The notes under the pieces are model-generated. The model was not told the DNA's origin and made no database searches. It saw only the letters and a program-made list of their open reading frames with translations. From positions 1 to 53,051 of the IMG/VR virus record IMGVR_UViG_3300047278_000016: a stretch of 53,051 nucleotides of DNA. One strand, given 5' to 3'. This stretch comes from a virus. Taxonomy: Duplodnaviria > Caudoviricetes. Positions 18,633 to 27,181 of the stretch are shown one piece after another. A program made the position numbers and the translations under genes. Position 1 is the first letter of the stretch. Each line of letters opens with the position of its first letter.

Positions 18633-19506
18633 TTGTTAGCTCATCGACCAACAAAACAAATATCTCATTCGTTACCTTGCAACCTACATCGGTGAGATAC
18701 TGCTCATCTTCCACAAGTTTAAGCATACCCATCTTCATACGCATATCCACGGGGAGCGTATTATCATCGTATAGGTCTACCTTGTCACCTATTTTGACTA
18801 GGTACTTACCTGTATCTTTAACTACCAATGCGGTCTTATTATTACTAAAGTCCTCTTGCACTTTCTCGATAGTCTTCATCTCGGTATCGAGTAACTCTAC
18901 CTTCTCCATAGAGACAGTAACCTTGTGTCTAAGTGAGGGTATCGCTTCTGCTTTTAGGTATTCCAAGAACAGGGCATTACCTTTAGTCTCAGCCCACACC
19001 AACATCTCATTCTTGATATTGCCTTGGTGCTGTGTGCGCTCACGCTCTTTGTTCCAGCTCGCTCGAGACACTACACGTTCTGCCGCATCCTTAGCCTTCT
19101 GTATACGCTCGTTGGGATTCATCTTGCCGAACATCTTCTTCGCCATGAGGATAGCTTTGTCTGCATCCACTGTGCGATACGAATCAGTACGTTGTCTGCC
19201 CTTACCAATACGATCGTTACTGATACAGATAACCTTCCCGCGTTGACCCATGTAACTCAACCCGATAGACCCTAGCTCTTCACCATCTAGCTTAACTGTA
19301 AAGCCTGATGCCACTCGAGCGCTACCCATGTGCATCCCACTATTGTTGATAACGAAAGTCCAAAGTGGATTCAATGAAGCCAGTCGGCTAACCACAGGGT
19401 CAAGCATGGAGTACACGCCAGTCATTTTCAGCCCCTCCTTATCAAGAGACTTCTGCAAGTCTTCACCAACAACTATGTTGCTCAAACTCAATGTATTCAT
19501 AGACAT
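18613..19506 (-). CDS. Hypothetical protein
   Basis: ~297-aa ORF, AGGAG RBS. Confidence 0.75.
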   Translation of the reverse strand: MSMNTLSLSNIVVGEDLQKSLDKEGLKMTGVYSMLDPVVSRLASLNPLWTFVINNSGMHMGSARVASGFTVKLDGEELGSIGLSYMGQRGKVICISNDRIGKGRQRTDSYRTVDADKAILMAKKMFGKMNPNERIQKAKDAAERVVSRASWNKERERTQHQGNIKNEMLVWAETKGNALFLEYLKAEAIPSLRHKVTVSMEKVELLDTEMKTIEKVQEDFSNNKTALVVKDTGKYLVKIGDKVDLYDDNTLPVDMRMKMGMLKLVEDEQYLTDVGCKVTNEIFVLLVDELTNVSEGV

Positions 19507-19531
19507 ATTCACTTACTCCTAACAAATGTTA

Positions 19532-20380
19532 TTACCACTCGAACTTACCCAAGATCGCATCGACCTTGGACTTTAGATTCTCACGAACCAACGGGCTATC
19601 CTTGACCTCTTCAATGTCAGCACCAAGCATAGCTAGCTCTACTTGCCTACGTGCATCCTCTAACTTGGGGTCGTTAGTCACGTTCAGCTTTGTCAACAAC
19701 TCACACAACTCCAATGGGTTGGTAATCAATGAGTCGTGATACCGCTTCTTCTCATCGCCTGAGCCTTCCAACTTCTTGGACATACCCAAGAGAACTTCAT
19801 GCAGTCTCTCCCATGGTGTGCGCATCGCATCGGCCAACTTCTCCGAGTATTGAACTTCATACGCTGACCTCATTTCCTCTAAGTCATGCGCAGGAATGTC
19901 TAAGCGAAAGTCACCAGCCTCGGGCAAAGGTTTCACACTACGCTTGAAGCTGAACTTAGTCCTAACAGATGTTAGGTCGGGGTAGTCCTCTGCCTTGTAC
20001 ATAGAACCCAAGTTGACCTTGGCTTCCTCAACCAGTCGCTCGTACTCGTCAAAGAAGTTATCGCACAACATGTTGAACGTACGCTCGTATCCATTCATGG
20101 TCTGCTTGTAGTCCATGAACAACTTGGTCGGCAACATACGCTCACCCTTGTCTGCCCAAGGTAAGGTGTGTTGGTTGTTGTAGAGTCGTACCCTTGCGGC
20201 GAACTTCTCAATGTCTGCTCGTAGGCTTGTACCCGCAAACAGATTCTTCTTGGTCTGTGACGCATCTTTGTGTGCTGATGCGCTTGCATTGACTTGGCTC
20301 GTGATTTCACGATCAATCTTTGCGGCAGGCCATACGCTGATGTTCAACTCTACTAATACTGCTGATGCACTAATACTCAT
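19532..20380 (-). CDS. Helical phage protein (DUF3150-like) of the AAA/vWA cassette
   Basis: 282 aa; LVELNISVW N-terminus; LNVTNDPKLE. Confidence 0.55.
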   Translation of the reverse strand: MSISASAVLVELNISVWPAAKIDREITSQVNASASAHKDASQTKKNLFAGTSLRADIEKFAARVRLYNNQHTLPWADKGERMLPTKLFMDYKQTMNGYERTFNMLCDNFFDEYERLVEEAKVNLGSMYKAEDYPDLTSVRTKFSFKRSVKPLPEAGDFRLDIPAHDLEEMRSAYEVQYSEKLADAMRTPWERLHEVLLGMSKKLEGSGDEKKRYHDSLITNPLELCELLTKLNVTNDPKLEDARRQVELAMLGADIEEVKDSPLVRENLKSKVDAILGKFEW

Positions 20381-20622
20381 TTCAATTCTCCTCTTTTAAA
20401 CTGTTTAGCAACTTTGATAAGGTCTCCGTCATACACGTAGTCATCCTCATACGTTGTCCAGTTGGGGTCAAACCAACCTATCAACTCGTTTAACTCTGCG
20501 TCTATCTCAGTAGCTAGGTCTACAATTTCTTGCGTTACCTCTTCCTCATTGCTGATAGTTGATGCCAACAACTGCGCTCGTTTCAATAGCTCTACTAATA
20601 CTGCTGATGCACTAATACTCAT
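20348..20622 (-). repeat. 33-bp perfect direct repeat encoding identical N-termini (MSISASAVLVE)
   Basis: ctctactaatactgctgatgcactaatactcat at 20348-20380 and 20590-20622. Confidence 0.95.
20377..20622 (-). CDS. Hypothetical protein sharing its N-terminus with the downstream gene
   Basis: 81-aa ORF, MSISASAVLVEL start. Confidence 0.65.
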   Translation of the reverse strand: MSISASAVLVELLKRAQLLASTISNEEEVTQEIVDLATEIDAELNELIGWFDPNWTTYEDDYVYDGDLIKVAKQFKRGELK

Positions 20623-20624
20623 GA

Positions 20625-20876
20625 TTATTCCTTAATTGGTTTTCCGGCTAATCTAGCCATTTGATAATGTGTGTCGCTCACGATACGCATACTGAAGTGA
20701 GCTTCATTCGGATACACGTGGTAGGTGTAAGTACTGTCCATCCCTTTCTCTTTGCGCACGTCATCACTCCACCACTTCTCTTCGTATACGTCGGCACTCT
20801 CTAAGCACTCGACCAACGCCATTGCTTTCTCTTTGGTCATCACTAACTTGCGATAGCCAATATCAACTACTACCAT
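20625..20876 (-). CDS. Hypothetical protein
   Basis: MVVVDIGYRK start after GGAGGT. Confidence 0.7.
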   Translation of the reverse strand: MVVVDIGYRKLVMTKEKAMALVECLESADVYEEKWWSDDVRKEKGMDSTYTYHVYPNEAHFSMRIVSDTHYQMARLAGKPIKE

Positions 20877-20913
20877 CTGATACCTCCTAACATTTGTTAT
20901 GAACCACCACAAT

Positions 20914-22173
20914 TTAATCCTTGACAAGAATCGTTTTGCCGTTGTCTGCAACACAATCGTTTCCTCCTACGATCGCCCACAGTACAGGCGCAGTCCAGTC
21001 ACTACCCCAATCGCTACCAACATACCCATCGGTGAGCATGATGACGCACTCGGGTACGATACGTTTCTCTTTCAGATACTCAGATACACATGAGGGTGAC
21101 GTACCTCCACCACCTCTAGGCTTAGTAGAGTTGATGATGTTAGACACATCGTTCTCGGAGTACTCCTCGTGTGCGGCTACTCGGCTATCCCAATAGATCA
21201 AGTCCACTTGGCTAGGCTTTACTTCTTCTGCGATACCCTTAACTTCTGTTAGGAAGCCCGACAACTCTTCTTGCCCAACCGAACCGGATGTGTCTACGGC
21301 AATAACCATATGACCAACCTTCTCTCCGATCAAGCTAGGCATGTACGTACCCATAGACAAGAACCTACGATTCACCCTACGCCATGACGATGTATCTTTT
21401 GCGCTACACGTAGACTTCACGAACTCACGCAACATTTCACGCCAGTCGACCTTGGGTTCGAGCAACTCGAGCAAGTCACGATCGAGATCACCACCACCAG
21501 TTCCCGCAATCTTTTGGTGCGCCATTACTCCTTGGCGGATAGCCTGATCTATCTCACGCTCGAGAACCTTCTTCTCCTCCTCGGTCATCTCCTTTGCACC
21601 ATCCCAATCGTGGTCATCGAACCCTTTGCCCTGACCTTGACCCTGACCTCGGCTATTCCCACCCTCTTGATCTGACGGCTCTCCGTCATCGCAAGGGTTC
21701 TCGCCCTTGTTCTTCTGCTCCTCTTTGAGTAGGTCGAACACTTGCTTGGCATTGAGTCCACGATACTTCTCGTCAAGTAAACCCATCGGCTTACCCTTCA
21801 ACTCACCATCCGCCCAACGTGGCATCGCAATGACACGCTCGCTAGGATCGAGGTCTTTGAGCTTAAGGTTAATCACGTAGTCACAAGCCGCATTTGCCAG
21901 CGAATGATTCTCATCGTGCAACTTACGCCATGTAGTCAAGTGACGAAACGCCTTGTGTAGATTCTCATGGAGTACCACGAAATTCAACTCAGGCTCTTTG
22001 AGCATAGCCACGAACTTGCGACCATACTTCTCGTCTCTTCCGTTGGTGCATGCAGTTGGGATGTTATCCACTACACTCGTACGACCAACCATCAAAATGC
22101 CAGACCAAAGGGCAAACCTCGGGTCACGCATCAATGTAATCTTCGCCTTCTGTACTTTACGTTCTTCTAACAT
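20914..22173 (-). CDS. DUF2201-type metallopeptidase-like + vWA domain protein
   Basis: LHENLH (HExxH), NAACDYVIN, VDTSGS MIDAS, GGGT, LTDGY. Confidence 0.85.
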   Translation of the reverse strand: MLEERKVQKAKITLMRDPRFALWSGILMVGRTSVVDNIPTACTNGRDEKYGRKFVAMLKEPELNFVVLHENLHKAFRHLTTWRKLHDENHSLANAACDYVINLKLKDLDPSERVIAMPRWADGELKGKPMGLLDEKYRGLNAKQVFDLLKEEQKNKGENPCDDGEPSDQEGGNSRGQGQGQGKGFDDHDWDGAKEMTEEEKKVLEREIDQAIRQGVMAHQKIAGTGGGDLDRDLLELLEPKVDWREMLREFVKSTCSAKDTSSWRRVNRRFLSMGTYMPSLIGEKVGHMVIAVDTSGSVGQEELSGFLTEVKGIAEEVKPSQVDLIYWDSRVAAHEEYSENDVSNIINSTKPRGGGGTSPSCVSEYLKEKRIVPECVIMLTDGYVGSDWGSDWTAPVLWAIVGGNDCVADNGKTILVKD

Positions 22174-22190
22174 TTGTTACCTTTCGTTGT

Positions 22191-22571
22191 TTAATAATCA
22201 CACTCAATACTTCTATTCACATACAGTAAGCTCTCGGCTTCCGAGCAACTGCGTTCTTCTACATCTTCTACCTCCTCTCCTAGACGCACGAACTCCCACA
22301 ACCATTTGTCCCCACCATCGCTGAGCTTCTCGAACTTCTCGATCGCTTGCTCGAACCCCTTTACATCGGGGTACGATGGATACCACTTCATCCCATTCAT
22401 GGTGAACTTGATACCCTGTACGTGTCTAGGCATACCACCACTAAACAACCGCATGTACTCGTCACCCCTGAAGAACTCGGGAATGTTCTCGTCAATGAAT
22501 AGCTTCATTGCAGGGTACTCCGTAGGGTCGTAGGTGTAGAACACCGCCATCACATCACTTCTGTATCCCAT
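22191..22571 (-). CDS. Hypothetical protein
   Basis: MGYRSDV...KWY...FVRLGEE 126-aa ORF. Confidence 0.7.
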   Translation of the reverse strand: MGYRSDVMAVFYTYDPTEYPAMKLFIDENIPEFFRGDEYMRLFSGGMPRHVQGIKFTMNGMKWYPSYPDVKGFEQAIEKFEKLSDGGDKWLWEFVRLGEEVEDVEERSCSEAESLLYVNRSIECDY

Positions 22572-22776
22572 GATCTAATCCTTCCAATATCATTTTCAAA
22601 ACCTTTTCACAAACTTGTTTATCGGGATGCTCGAACAAAGTCTTGCAATCCCTTGTGTCGTATACACAGTACCCGACCACTAGCAAATCCCAGTCAGTAT
22701 GTTCACCATGCTCAGTTACCCACCTAACTATGTACCGCCTGAAGTCGGTTGCACTTGTGCCGTTCATTCCTAACAT
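22555..22776 (-). CDS. Hypothetical protein
   Basis: 73-aa ORF; start lies in a palindrome copy. Confidence 0.6.
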   Translation of the reverse strand: MLGMNGTSATDFRRYIVRWVTEHGEHTDWDLLVVGYCVYDTRDCKTLFEHPDKQVCEKVLKMILEGLDHGIQK

Positions 22777-22779
22777 TTG

Positions 22780-23844
22780 TTAGAGTAGGTCTTGGTTCTT
22801 AACAACCCAGTCCTTGAACGCACTGCTTGAGAAAGCAATGGATTGTTTGGCGGGATTCTTGGCAATGTTGATTGCGAACACGGCTTGCCACTCGGCATCG
22901 AATCGAGACAAGTAATCCATGAATGGACTAATGGTTTCTTTCGTAATGCGAGAGATAGCACCGAACACCACAATGGCACATGCGCCCGGACTTGTGGGTA
23001 CAGTCGTAGTCTTTGGCTCTTTAATCGTGGCCTCCCATGTAGGGAGTTGGTCAGAGAACTCAATGTACGCTTGCATATCACGCGCACCCGATTCACCAAT
23101 CGCACCGGTCAAGGCGGCAATCACCGAATCAGGGTCGTTCTCTTTGCGAGTCCGTACAATGTTCGATGCTGTCTCCAATGAGCGTGGTGATACGAACGCA
23201 TGCTGAGCTTTGCGTGGGTTGTAGATGTATGGGTTGTCACCTTGTGCCGCATCGGTATAGCTTGCAAGTACGTGAGGGAAACGATTCACCCATGCAATCA
23301 CCTCGGCTTCGAGTCCCTTACCAATAGCCCACTCAATCCACTGCTCGGCATCGGGTTTGCAAATTGTTACCGGCACTAGTCGGTTACGGCTATGCGCTTT
23401 GAGGGAGTCGCCTACGCCATCGGTCGTCAGATTACCAGTCAAGAACACTATGGTATTGGCGGTGAGGGGAATGTCACCGAGTCGTGGGTTTGCCTTCTCA
23501 AGCATAGGGTGAAGCATGTTCTTCACAGGGTCAGCACCCTTCGTGAACTCATCAAGCATGATGACCAATGGCTTGTTCTCATGAATACGAAAACGTGCAT
23601 TGGGGTAGTAGCGTGTGGTCTTGGAGTCGTGGTCGATCACAGGCATTGCGATGTCACCCAAGTCCATATTGGGTACGTCAATATAGGCATACTCAAAGCC
23701 GAGGGAGTCGGCAATATTCTCTAGTAGGGAGGACTTCCCAATCCCGGGCTCGCCTTGCAGTAAGAACCGAGTCGTTGGGTTTGTGCGGATAAGGTTAGCC
23801 GCTTGCTTCAAGGTAATTGATTTACCGAAATTGATTTCTGCCAT
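22780..23844 (-). CDS. MoxR-like AAA+ ATPase
   Basis: GEPGIGKS Walker A, MLDEF Walker B, TGN, RNR, SPRS; upstream of the vWA gene. Confidence 0.85.
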   Translation of the reverse strand: MAEINFGKSITLKQAANLIRTNPTTRFLLQGEPGIGKSSLLENIADSLGFEYAYIDVPNMDLGDIAMPVIDHDSKTTRYYPNARFRIHENKPLVIMLDEFTKGADPVKNMLHPMLEKANPRLGDIPLTANTIVFLTGNLTTDGVGDSLKAHSRNRLVPVTICKPDAEQWIEWAIGKGLEAEVIAWVNRFPHVLASYTDAAQGDNPYIYNPRKAQHAFVSPRSLETASNIVRTRKENDPDSVIAALTGAIGESGARDMQAYIEFSDQLPTWEATIKEPKTTTVPTSPGACAIVVFGAISRITKETISPFMDYLSRFDAEWQAVFAINIAKNPAKQSIAFSSSAFKDWVVKNQDLL

Positions 23845-23957
23845 GATGGTCTTTCTAATACGCTGATAGTTCTAACATTTGTTAGGTTAGCAGGAAGCAT
23901 TTGTTTTTGCCCCTACACCTAGGCTACTATGGACACAATTATCCAAAAGTAACTTAT

Positions 23958-23986
23958 ATTATACCACATTTAAGTGGATATGTCAA
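23958..23986 (-). promoter_or_regulatory. Consensus sigma70 promoter TTGACA-17-TATAAT (extended -10)
   Basis: TTGACA tatccacttaaatgTGg TATAAT on minus strand. Confidence 0.9.
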
Positions 23987-24003
23987 GTTATTCGTGGTAT
24001 GTT

Positions 24004-24207
24004 TCAGGTATTCCTTTCTTCAAGTTTGGCTTCAATCTCTGCGGCAAAAAGCATCCATAAACTGTTAGGCTCATGTAATGCACGAATAAATTGTTGTTCT
24101 AATTGCACTTTGGTTGTGGGCGGTAGGTCTAGTCGTGAGATAACTTTTAAAGCTAATTCAATAGCCTCCCCATCCGTTAGCCCTACCCATGTGCGCCGTG
24201 TTGTCAT
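24004..24207 (-). CDS. Small protein with WxGLTD...EAKL module
   Basis: RRTWVGLTDGE...FAAEIEAKLEERNT. Confidence 0.7.
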   Translation of the reverse strand: MTTRRTWVGLTDGEAIELALKVISRLDLPPTTKVQLEQQFIRALHEPNSLWMLFAAEIEAKLEERNT

Positions 24208-24365
24208 GCTTCTCCCCTTAGTTTGTATGCCTTGATAGTCTTAAGCGTGGGGTACTTGGTCGTGAACCTTTCCCTTGCCGCTACCTTACTCTTGGCTTCG
24301 AGGCTCTCGGCAATCCACATGCCGAACCTTCCACTCCACCCTGTCACGTAGTATCTAGCTAACAT
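24204..24365 (-). CDS. Hypothetical protein (53 aa, absent from ORF track)
   Basis: MLARYYVTGW...KLRGEA; AAGGA RBS; ATG within palindrome; ATGA overlap. Confidence 0.65.
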   Translation of the reverse strand: MLARYYVTGWSGRFGMWIAESLEAKSKVAARERFTTKYPTLKTIKAYKLRGEA

Positions 24366-24564
24366 TTGTTATGTTTCCTTTAATTAATTTGTAGTACGCA
24401 ACCACCTCATGCTTGCGCCCCTTTGTTATAAGAATCGCTTCCGCATCGGGGTCAGGCACGCGCAATGTACGCTCGTGGTTACGTAAGTATTTGTAATCGC
24501 CTTCCTTCAACATAATCACAACGCCTGTCCTTGGTAGTCGGCAAAGGTAGTACGGCTCATACAT
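24355..24564 (-). CDS. Hypothetical protein
   Basis: MYEPYYLCRL start after AAGGAGG. Confidence 0.6.
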   Translation of the reverse strand: MYEPYYLCRLPRTGVVIMLKEGDYKYLRNHERTLRVPDPDAEAILITKGRKHEVVAYYKLIKGNITNVS

Positions 24565-25045
24565 CTTCATCCTCCTTGAACCCAATGTCGTATTCGTTGT
24601 ACTGCCATAGGCGCTTACCCAACCAATGCACCTCACCCTCGACAAACTCCCATGTCTTGTAGTTCATGCAGTCGTGGAACGGCAAGTCCTTGCGACCGAA
24701 CCCTATCAGTAGCTCTACCAACTTAGGCGCAAAGTCATTGATATGGGTAGTATCAAAACCAAAGTACCACCACCCATCATCACCCAGTTCCGAGTACGTT
24801 ATGCCCCCATGCACGTTGTCACTTATGTCACTCAGCTCAGGGTCAGGGTCTATGTTGTTATTGATACCCCAGAACCTATGCTCTTTGGGTATGCCCACGT
24901 AACCACATAGCGCACCCGAACCCTCCATCCTAGATATGCGGCACTTGTACCCGCTAGGTTCTTGAACCCACTCCGCATGGTCGGGCTCGTTCTCCCATGG
25001 TCGCACAGGGTAGAACAGTTTCATCTTCATGCTTGCTTCTAACAT
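24557..25045 (-). CDS. Conserved-looking phage hypothetical protein
   Basis: GALCGYVGIP.EH...VHGGITY...WWYFGFDT.H motifs. Confidence 0.75.
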   Translation of the reverse strand: MLEASMKMKLFYPVRPWENEPDHAEWVQEPSGYKCRISRMEGSGALCGYVGIPKEHRFWGINNNIDPDPELSDISDNVHGGITYSELGDDGWWYFGFDTTHINDFAPKLVELLIGFGRKDLPFHDCMNYKTWEFVEGEVHWLGKRLWQYNEYDIGFKEDEDV

Positions 25046-25172
25046 TTGTTAGTTCCTTCCTAAAGTTATTTCGTACCACTTCCCTAGCATCCAGTCGGCT
25101 AGCGAACCACTTGCTCAATCGTTGGGGCTCGTACCCCTCAGACTCGTCTTGTAGTAATGATCTCGGTTTCAT
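24954..25172 (-). CDS. Hypothetical protein
   Basis: GGAGGT RBS; RLSKWFASRLDAR. Confidence 0.55.
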   Translation of the reverse strand: MKPRSLLQDESEGYEPQRLSKWFASRLDAREVVRNNFRKELTNVRSKHEDETVLPCATMGERARPCGVGSRT

Positions 25173-25380
25173 GGTTTACCTCCATCTTTAAATACTTGTC
25201 AGTCAGCCCTGCCATTGCTTGCATAGCCCCATGGTCGTCACTCTCGGCAACTATCCACCAAGACTTGTACCTACCTCGGTGTCTAGCAATCTCGGTATAG
25301 TCGTACCACCTACGCTCAACCACAATGAACATACCTGACCTCCCACGCAAGAGCATCCACTTCTTCTTGCGCCTCGGCAT
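25138..25380 (-). CDS. Hypothetical protein
   Basis: MPRRKKKW start, TAATG overlap with upstream ORF. Confidence 0.6.
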   Translation of the reverse strand: MPRRKKKWMLLRGRSGMFIVVERRWYDYTEIARHRGRYKSWWIVAESDDHGAMQAMAGLTDKYLKMEVNHETEIITTRRV

Positions 25381-25502
25381 TACCACCCCTTGTAGATAGC
25401 AACGCACAACCAAATCACCGCAAGTACCAAAGCGGCAAAGCGGTTCAACGCCCTCGCTAGGAATATCTGCGCAACCATAAAATAGAACTCGGCTGGTGTC
25501 AT
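25380..25502 (-). CDS. Small membrane protein (40 aa)
   Basis: MTPAEFYFMVAQIFLARALNRFAALVLAVIWLCVAIYKGW; overlapping stop/start at both ends. Confidence 0.55.
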   Translation of the reverse strand: MTPAEFYFMVAQIFLARALNRFAALVLAVIWLCVAIYKGW

Positions 25503-25591
25503 AGCGGTCTCCAATAAAGTAAGTCAAGGGCTAGGACAATACAGGCAAGCAGTATCACCACACGTTCGAGCTTCTCCCAATTAGTCAACAT
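25499..25591 (-). CDS. Small membrane peptide (30 aa)
   Basis: MLTNWEKLERVVILLACIVLALDLLYWRPL; GGAGG RBS; ATG in palindrome. Confidence 0.6.
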   Translation of the reverse strand: MLTNWEKLERVVILLACIVLALDLLYWRPL

Positions 25592-25594
25592 TTG

Positions 25595-25714
25595 TTAGCC
25601 CTCCACAACTTCGTTAACAACTACACGCAAAATCCTCAAGCCCGCAAAGATTTCGACAACCTCGAATTCAACCCCTGCTTTGTCGAGCAAGTCGTACAGT
25701 TCTTGTGCAGTCAT
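25595..25714 (-). CDS. Hypothetical protein (39 aa)
   Basis: MTAQELYDLL...VVEG; GGAGG RBS; TAA in palindrome. Confidence 0.6.
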   Translation of the reverse strand: MTAQELYDLLDKAGVEFEVVEIFAGLRILRVVVNEVVEG

Positions 25715-25875
25715 TTGACCTCCCTCTTCATGTGTATGGGTAACTCTTTGGCATTGAGTACAGGCTTGCTCTCCTCCACTCGTGCGAACTTCATCGCCTC
25801 GCCTAACATTTGTAAGTAGTCGGTCTGACTTACTCGCTTGGACAACTTGTCCACCTTCACGTGTCTTGGTCTCAT
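25711..25875 (-). CDS. Hypothetical protein
   Basis: MRPRHVKV start after GGAGGAG. Confidence 0.6.
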   Translation of the reverse strand: MRPRHVKVDKLSKRVSQTDYLQMLGEAMKFARVEESKPVLNAKELPIHMKREVK

Positions 25876-25876
25876 T

Positions 25877-26059
25877 TCAACTCCTCCCATGGGCAACTTC
25901 TTGCCCGTTGTACATAACAATAATCTCACCCGCTTGCATGCGCTCGTAGATGTATAGCTCGCTACCATCCGTGAACCGAATGGTTATGCCCTCGCCCCAT
26001 GGGTCGGCATACTTAACATCTTTTACAGTCTTACCCGCAATCAATACTTCTTTGTTCAT
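25877..26059 (-). CDS. Hypothetical protein
   Basis: 60-aa ORF, GAGGGG RBS. Confidence 0.65.
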   Translation of the reverse strand: MNKEVLIAGKTVKDVKYADPWGEGITIRFTDGSELYIYERMQAGEIIVMYNGQEVAHGRS

Positions 26060-26060
26060 G

Positions 26061-26291
26061 TCAGCCCCTCAGTTCTTTTTGATTAGTCTGTTTGAGCGTT
26101 GTACGTGCGCTCGCAGGTGTAACAAGTTGGTAGTTACCCTTGCCGTACTCTTGGACTACGCACCAAGAGAGACGTTCCTCACCTGCACTACGCTCTCGGT
26201 CTTGTTCGCAGAACTTGCAGAACGCTTGGTAGCGGGACACGTGAATTTCTTCACGGCAATCAATACATTCTTTCCAGTCGGTTTCTAACAT
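26061..26291 (-). CDS. C4 zinc-finger protein (TraR/DksA-like finger)
   Basis: CIDCREEI..SR....CKFC. Confidence 0.55.
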   Translation of the reverse strand: MLETDWKECIDCREEIHVSRYQAFCKFCEQDRERSAGEERLSWCVVQEYGKGNYQLVTPASARTTLKQTNQKELRG

Positions 26292-26305
26292 TTGTTATCC
26301 CCTTG

Positions 26306-26494
26306 TTACATGTAGTTGACGTTGTTACGTTTGCGAGTGAACTTGAACTCAATGCGCACGTAGTTAGTGCAGTCAGTGCCGACACGTGCGGCTTCAATCC
26401 ACCAAAAGCGCCATGCCCACATCATGTGCTTGTGAAGCAGTACACGGCAAAACAAGCTGTCTAATCTAGTAATCATTTCTAACCCTTCTAACAT
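26306..26494 (-). CDS. Hypothetical protein
   Basis: First ORF after the 26576-26604 promoter. Confidence 0.45.
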   Translation of the reverse strand: MLEGLEMITRLDSLFCRVLLHKHMMWAWRFWWIEAARVGTDCTNYVRIEFKFTRKRNNVNYM

Positions 26495-26509
26495 TTGTTA
26501 GGTTTTGCT

Positions 26510-26960
26510 TTGTTACGTTTTGTATTGTTACAAAATGAGTCAAGGCGCAAAACCATCTCCCCTGACCCATACTTAATTATACCACAAAGTTACACATAAG
26601 TCAAGTAATGAGACGATGGTATCGGTACAGTTTTGTTACGTTTATTTGTAGCAATGTTGCGGAATGTTACGTTGAAAAGTTTTGACATGTAACATTATAA
26701 AACCCAATAGAATCAAGGGTTTGCGGAGGAAAAATTGTGTAATGTTATAAAGTTAAACTTTTTTAAGAATAGTGTGTGTGGTCTTCCTAGATTATATTGC
26801 ACCTCAATTTGCACTATCTGACAAGTCTTGCCTCTGTGAACTGCTATACTCATTCTCAAAAAAACGTAACATATAACATTGCTTTAAAATCAACAACTTA
26901 CGTGATTTGCAACGTAACATTAGGCGTAACATTGCAACATCGAAACATAACATTTGTTAG
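26510..26960. other. AT-rich non-coding region with TGTTAC/GTAACA iteron-like repeats and two IHF-consensus sites; candidate replication origin
   Basis: Mostly TGTTA(C) on the left and (G)TAACA(T) on the right; WATCAANNNNTTR matches at 26711-26723 and 26888-26900. Confidence 0.5.
26576..26604 (-). promoter_or_regulatory. sigma70 promoter TTGACT-17-TATAAT (extended -10)
   Basis: TTGACT tatgtgtaactttgTGg TATAAT on minus strand. Confidence 0.85.
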
Positions 26961-26968
26961 AAAGGTCA

Positions 26969-27064
26969 TGGGCTAACCCCGCACAGAGAACTGGTGCAAC
27001 CTTGCTCATCGGTGACAAAAATTTGGACACGATACCTTGGGCTAACCCCGCACAGAGAACTGGT
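26969..27064. repeat. 27-bp perfect direct repeat x2 with 42-bp spacer
   Basis: TGGGCTAACCCCGCACAGAGAACTGGT at 26969-26995 and 27038-27064. Confidence 0.9.
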
Positions 27065-27157
27065 ACACGACCAAAAAATTGGGGGAAAAATAACTTAGTG
27101 GTACGCTAACAATAGTTAGAAGCAACTGCCCGAGCAAGCTCGTGCGCAGACAGACGC

Positions 27158-27181
27158 AAAAAAGCCCCGACTAGCGGGGCT
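27158..27181 (-). terminator. Intrinsic terminator
   Basis: AGCCCCG-actag-CGGGGCT with A-tract on the left; near-duplicate of the 17121 terminator. Confidence 0.85.

Noticed and set aside
26969-27064. CRISPR array
   Set aside because: Only two repeats, no hairpin in the repeat and no cas operon.
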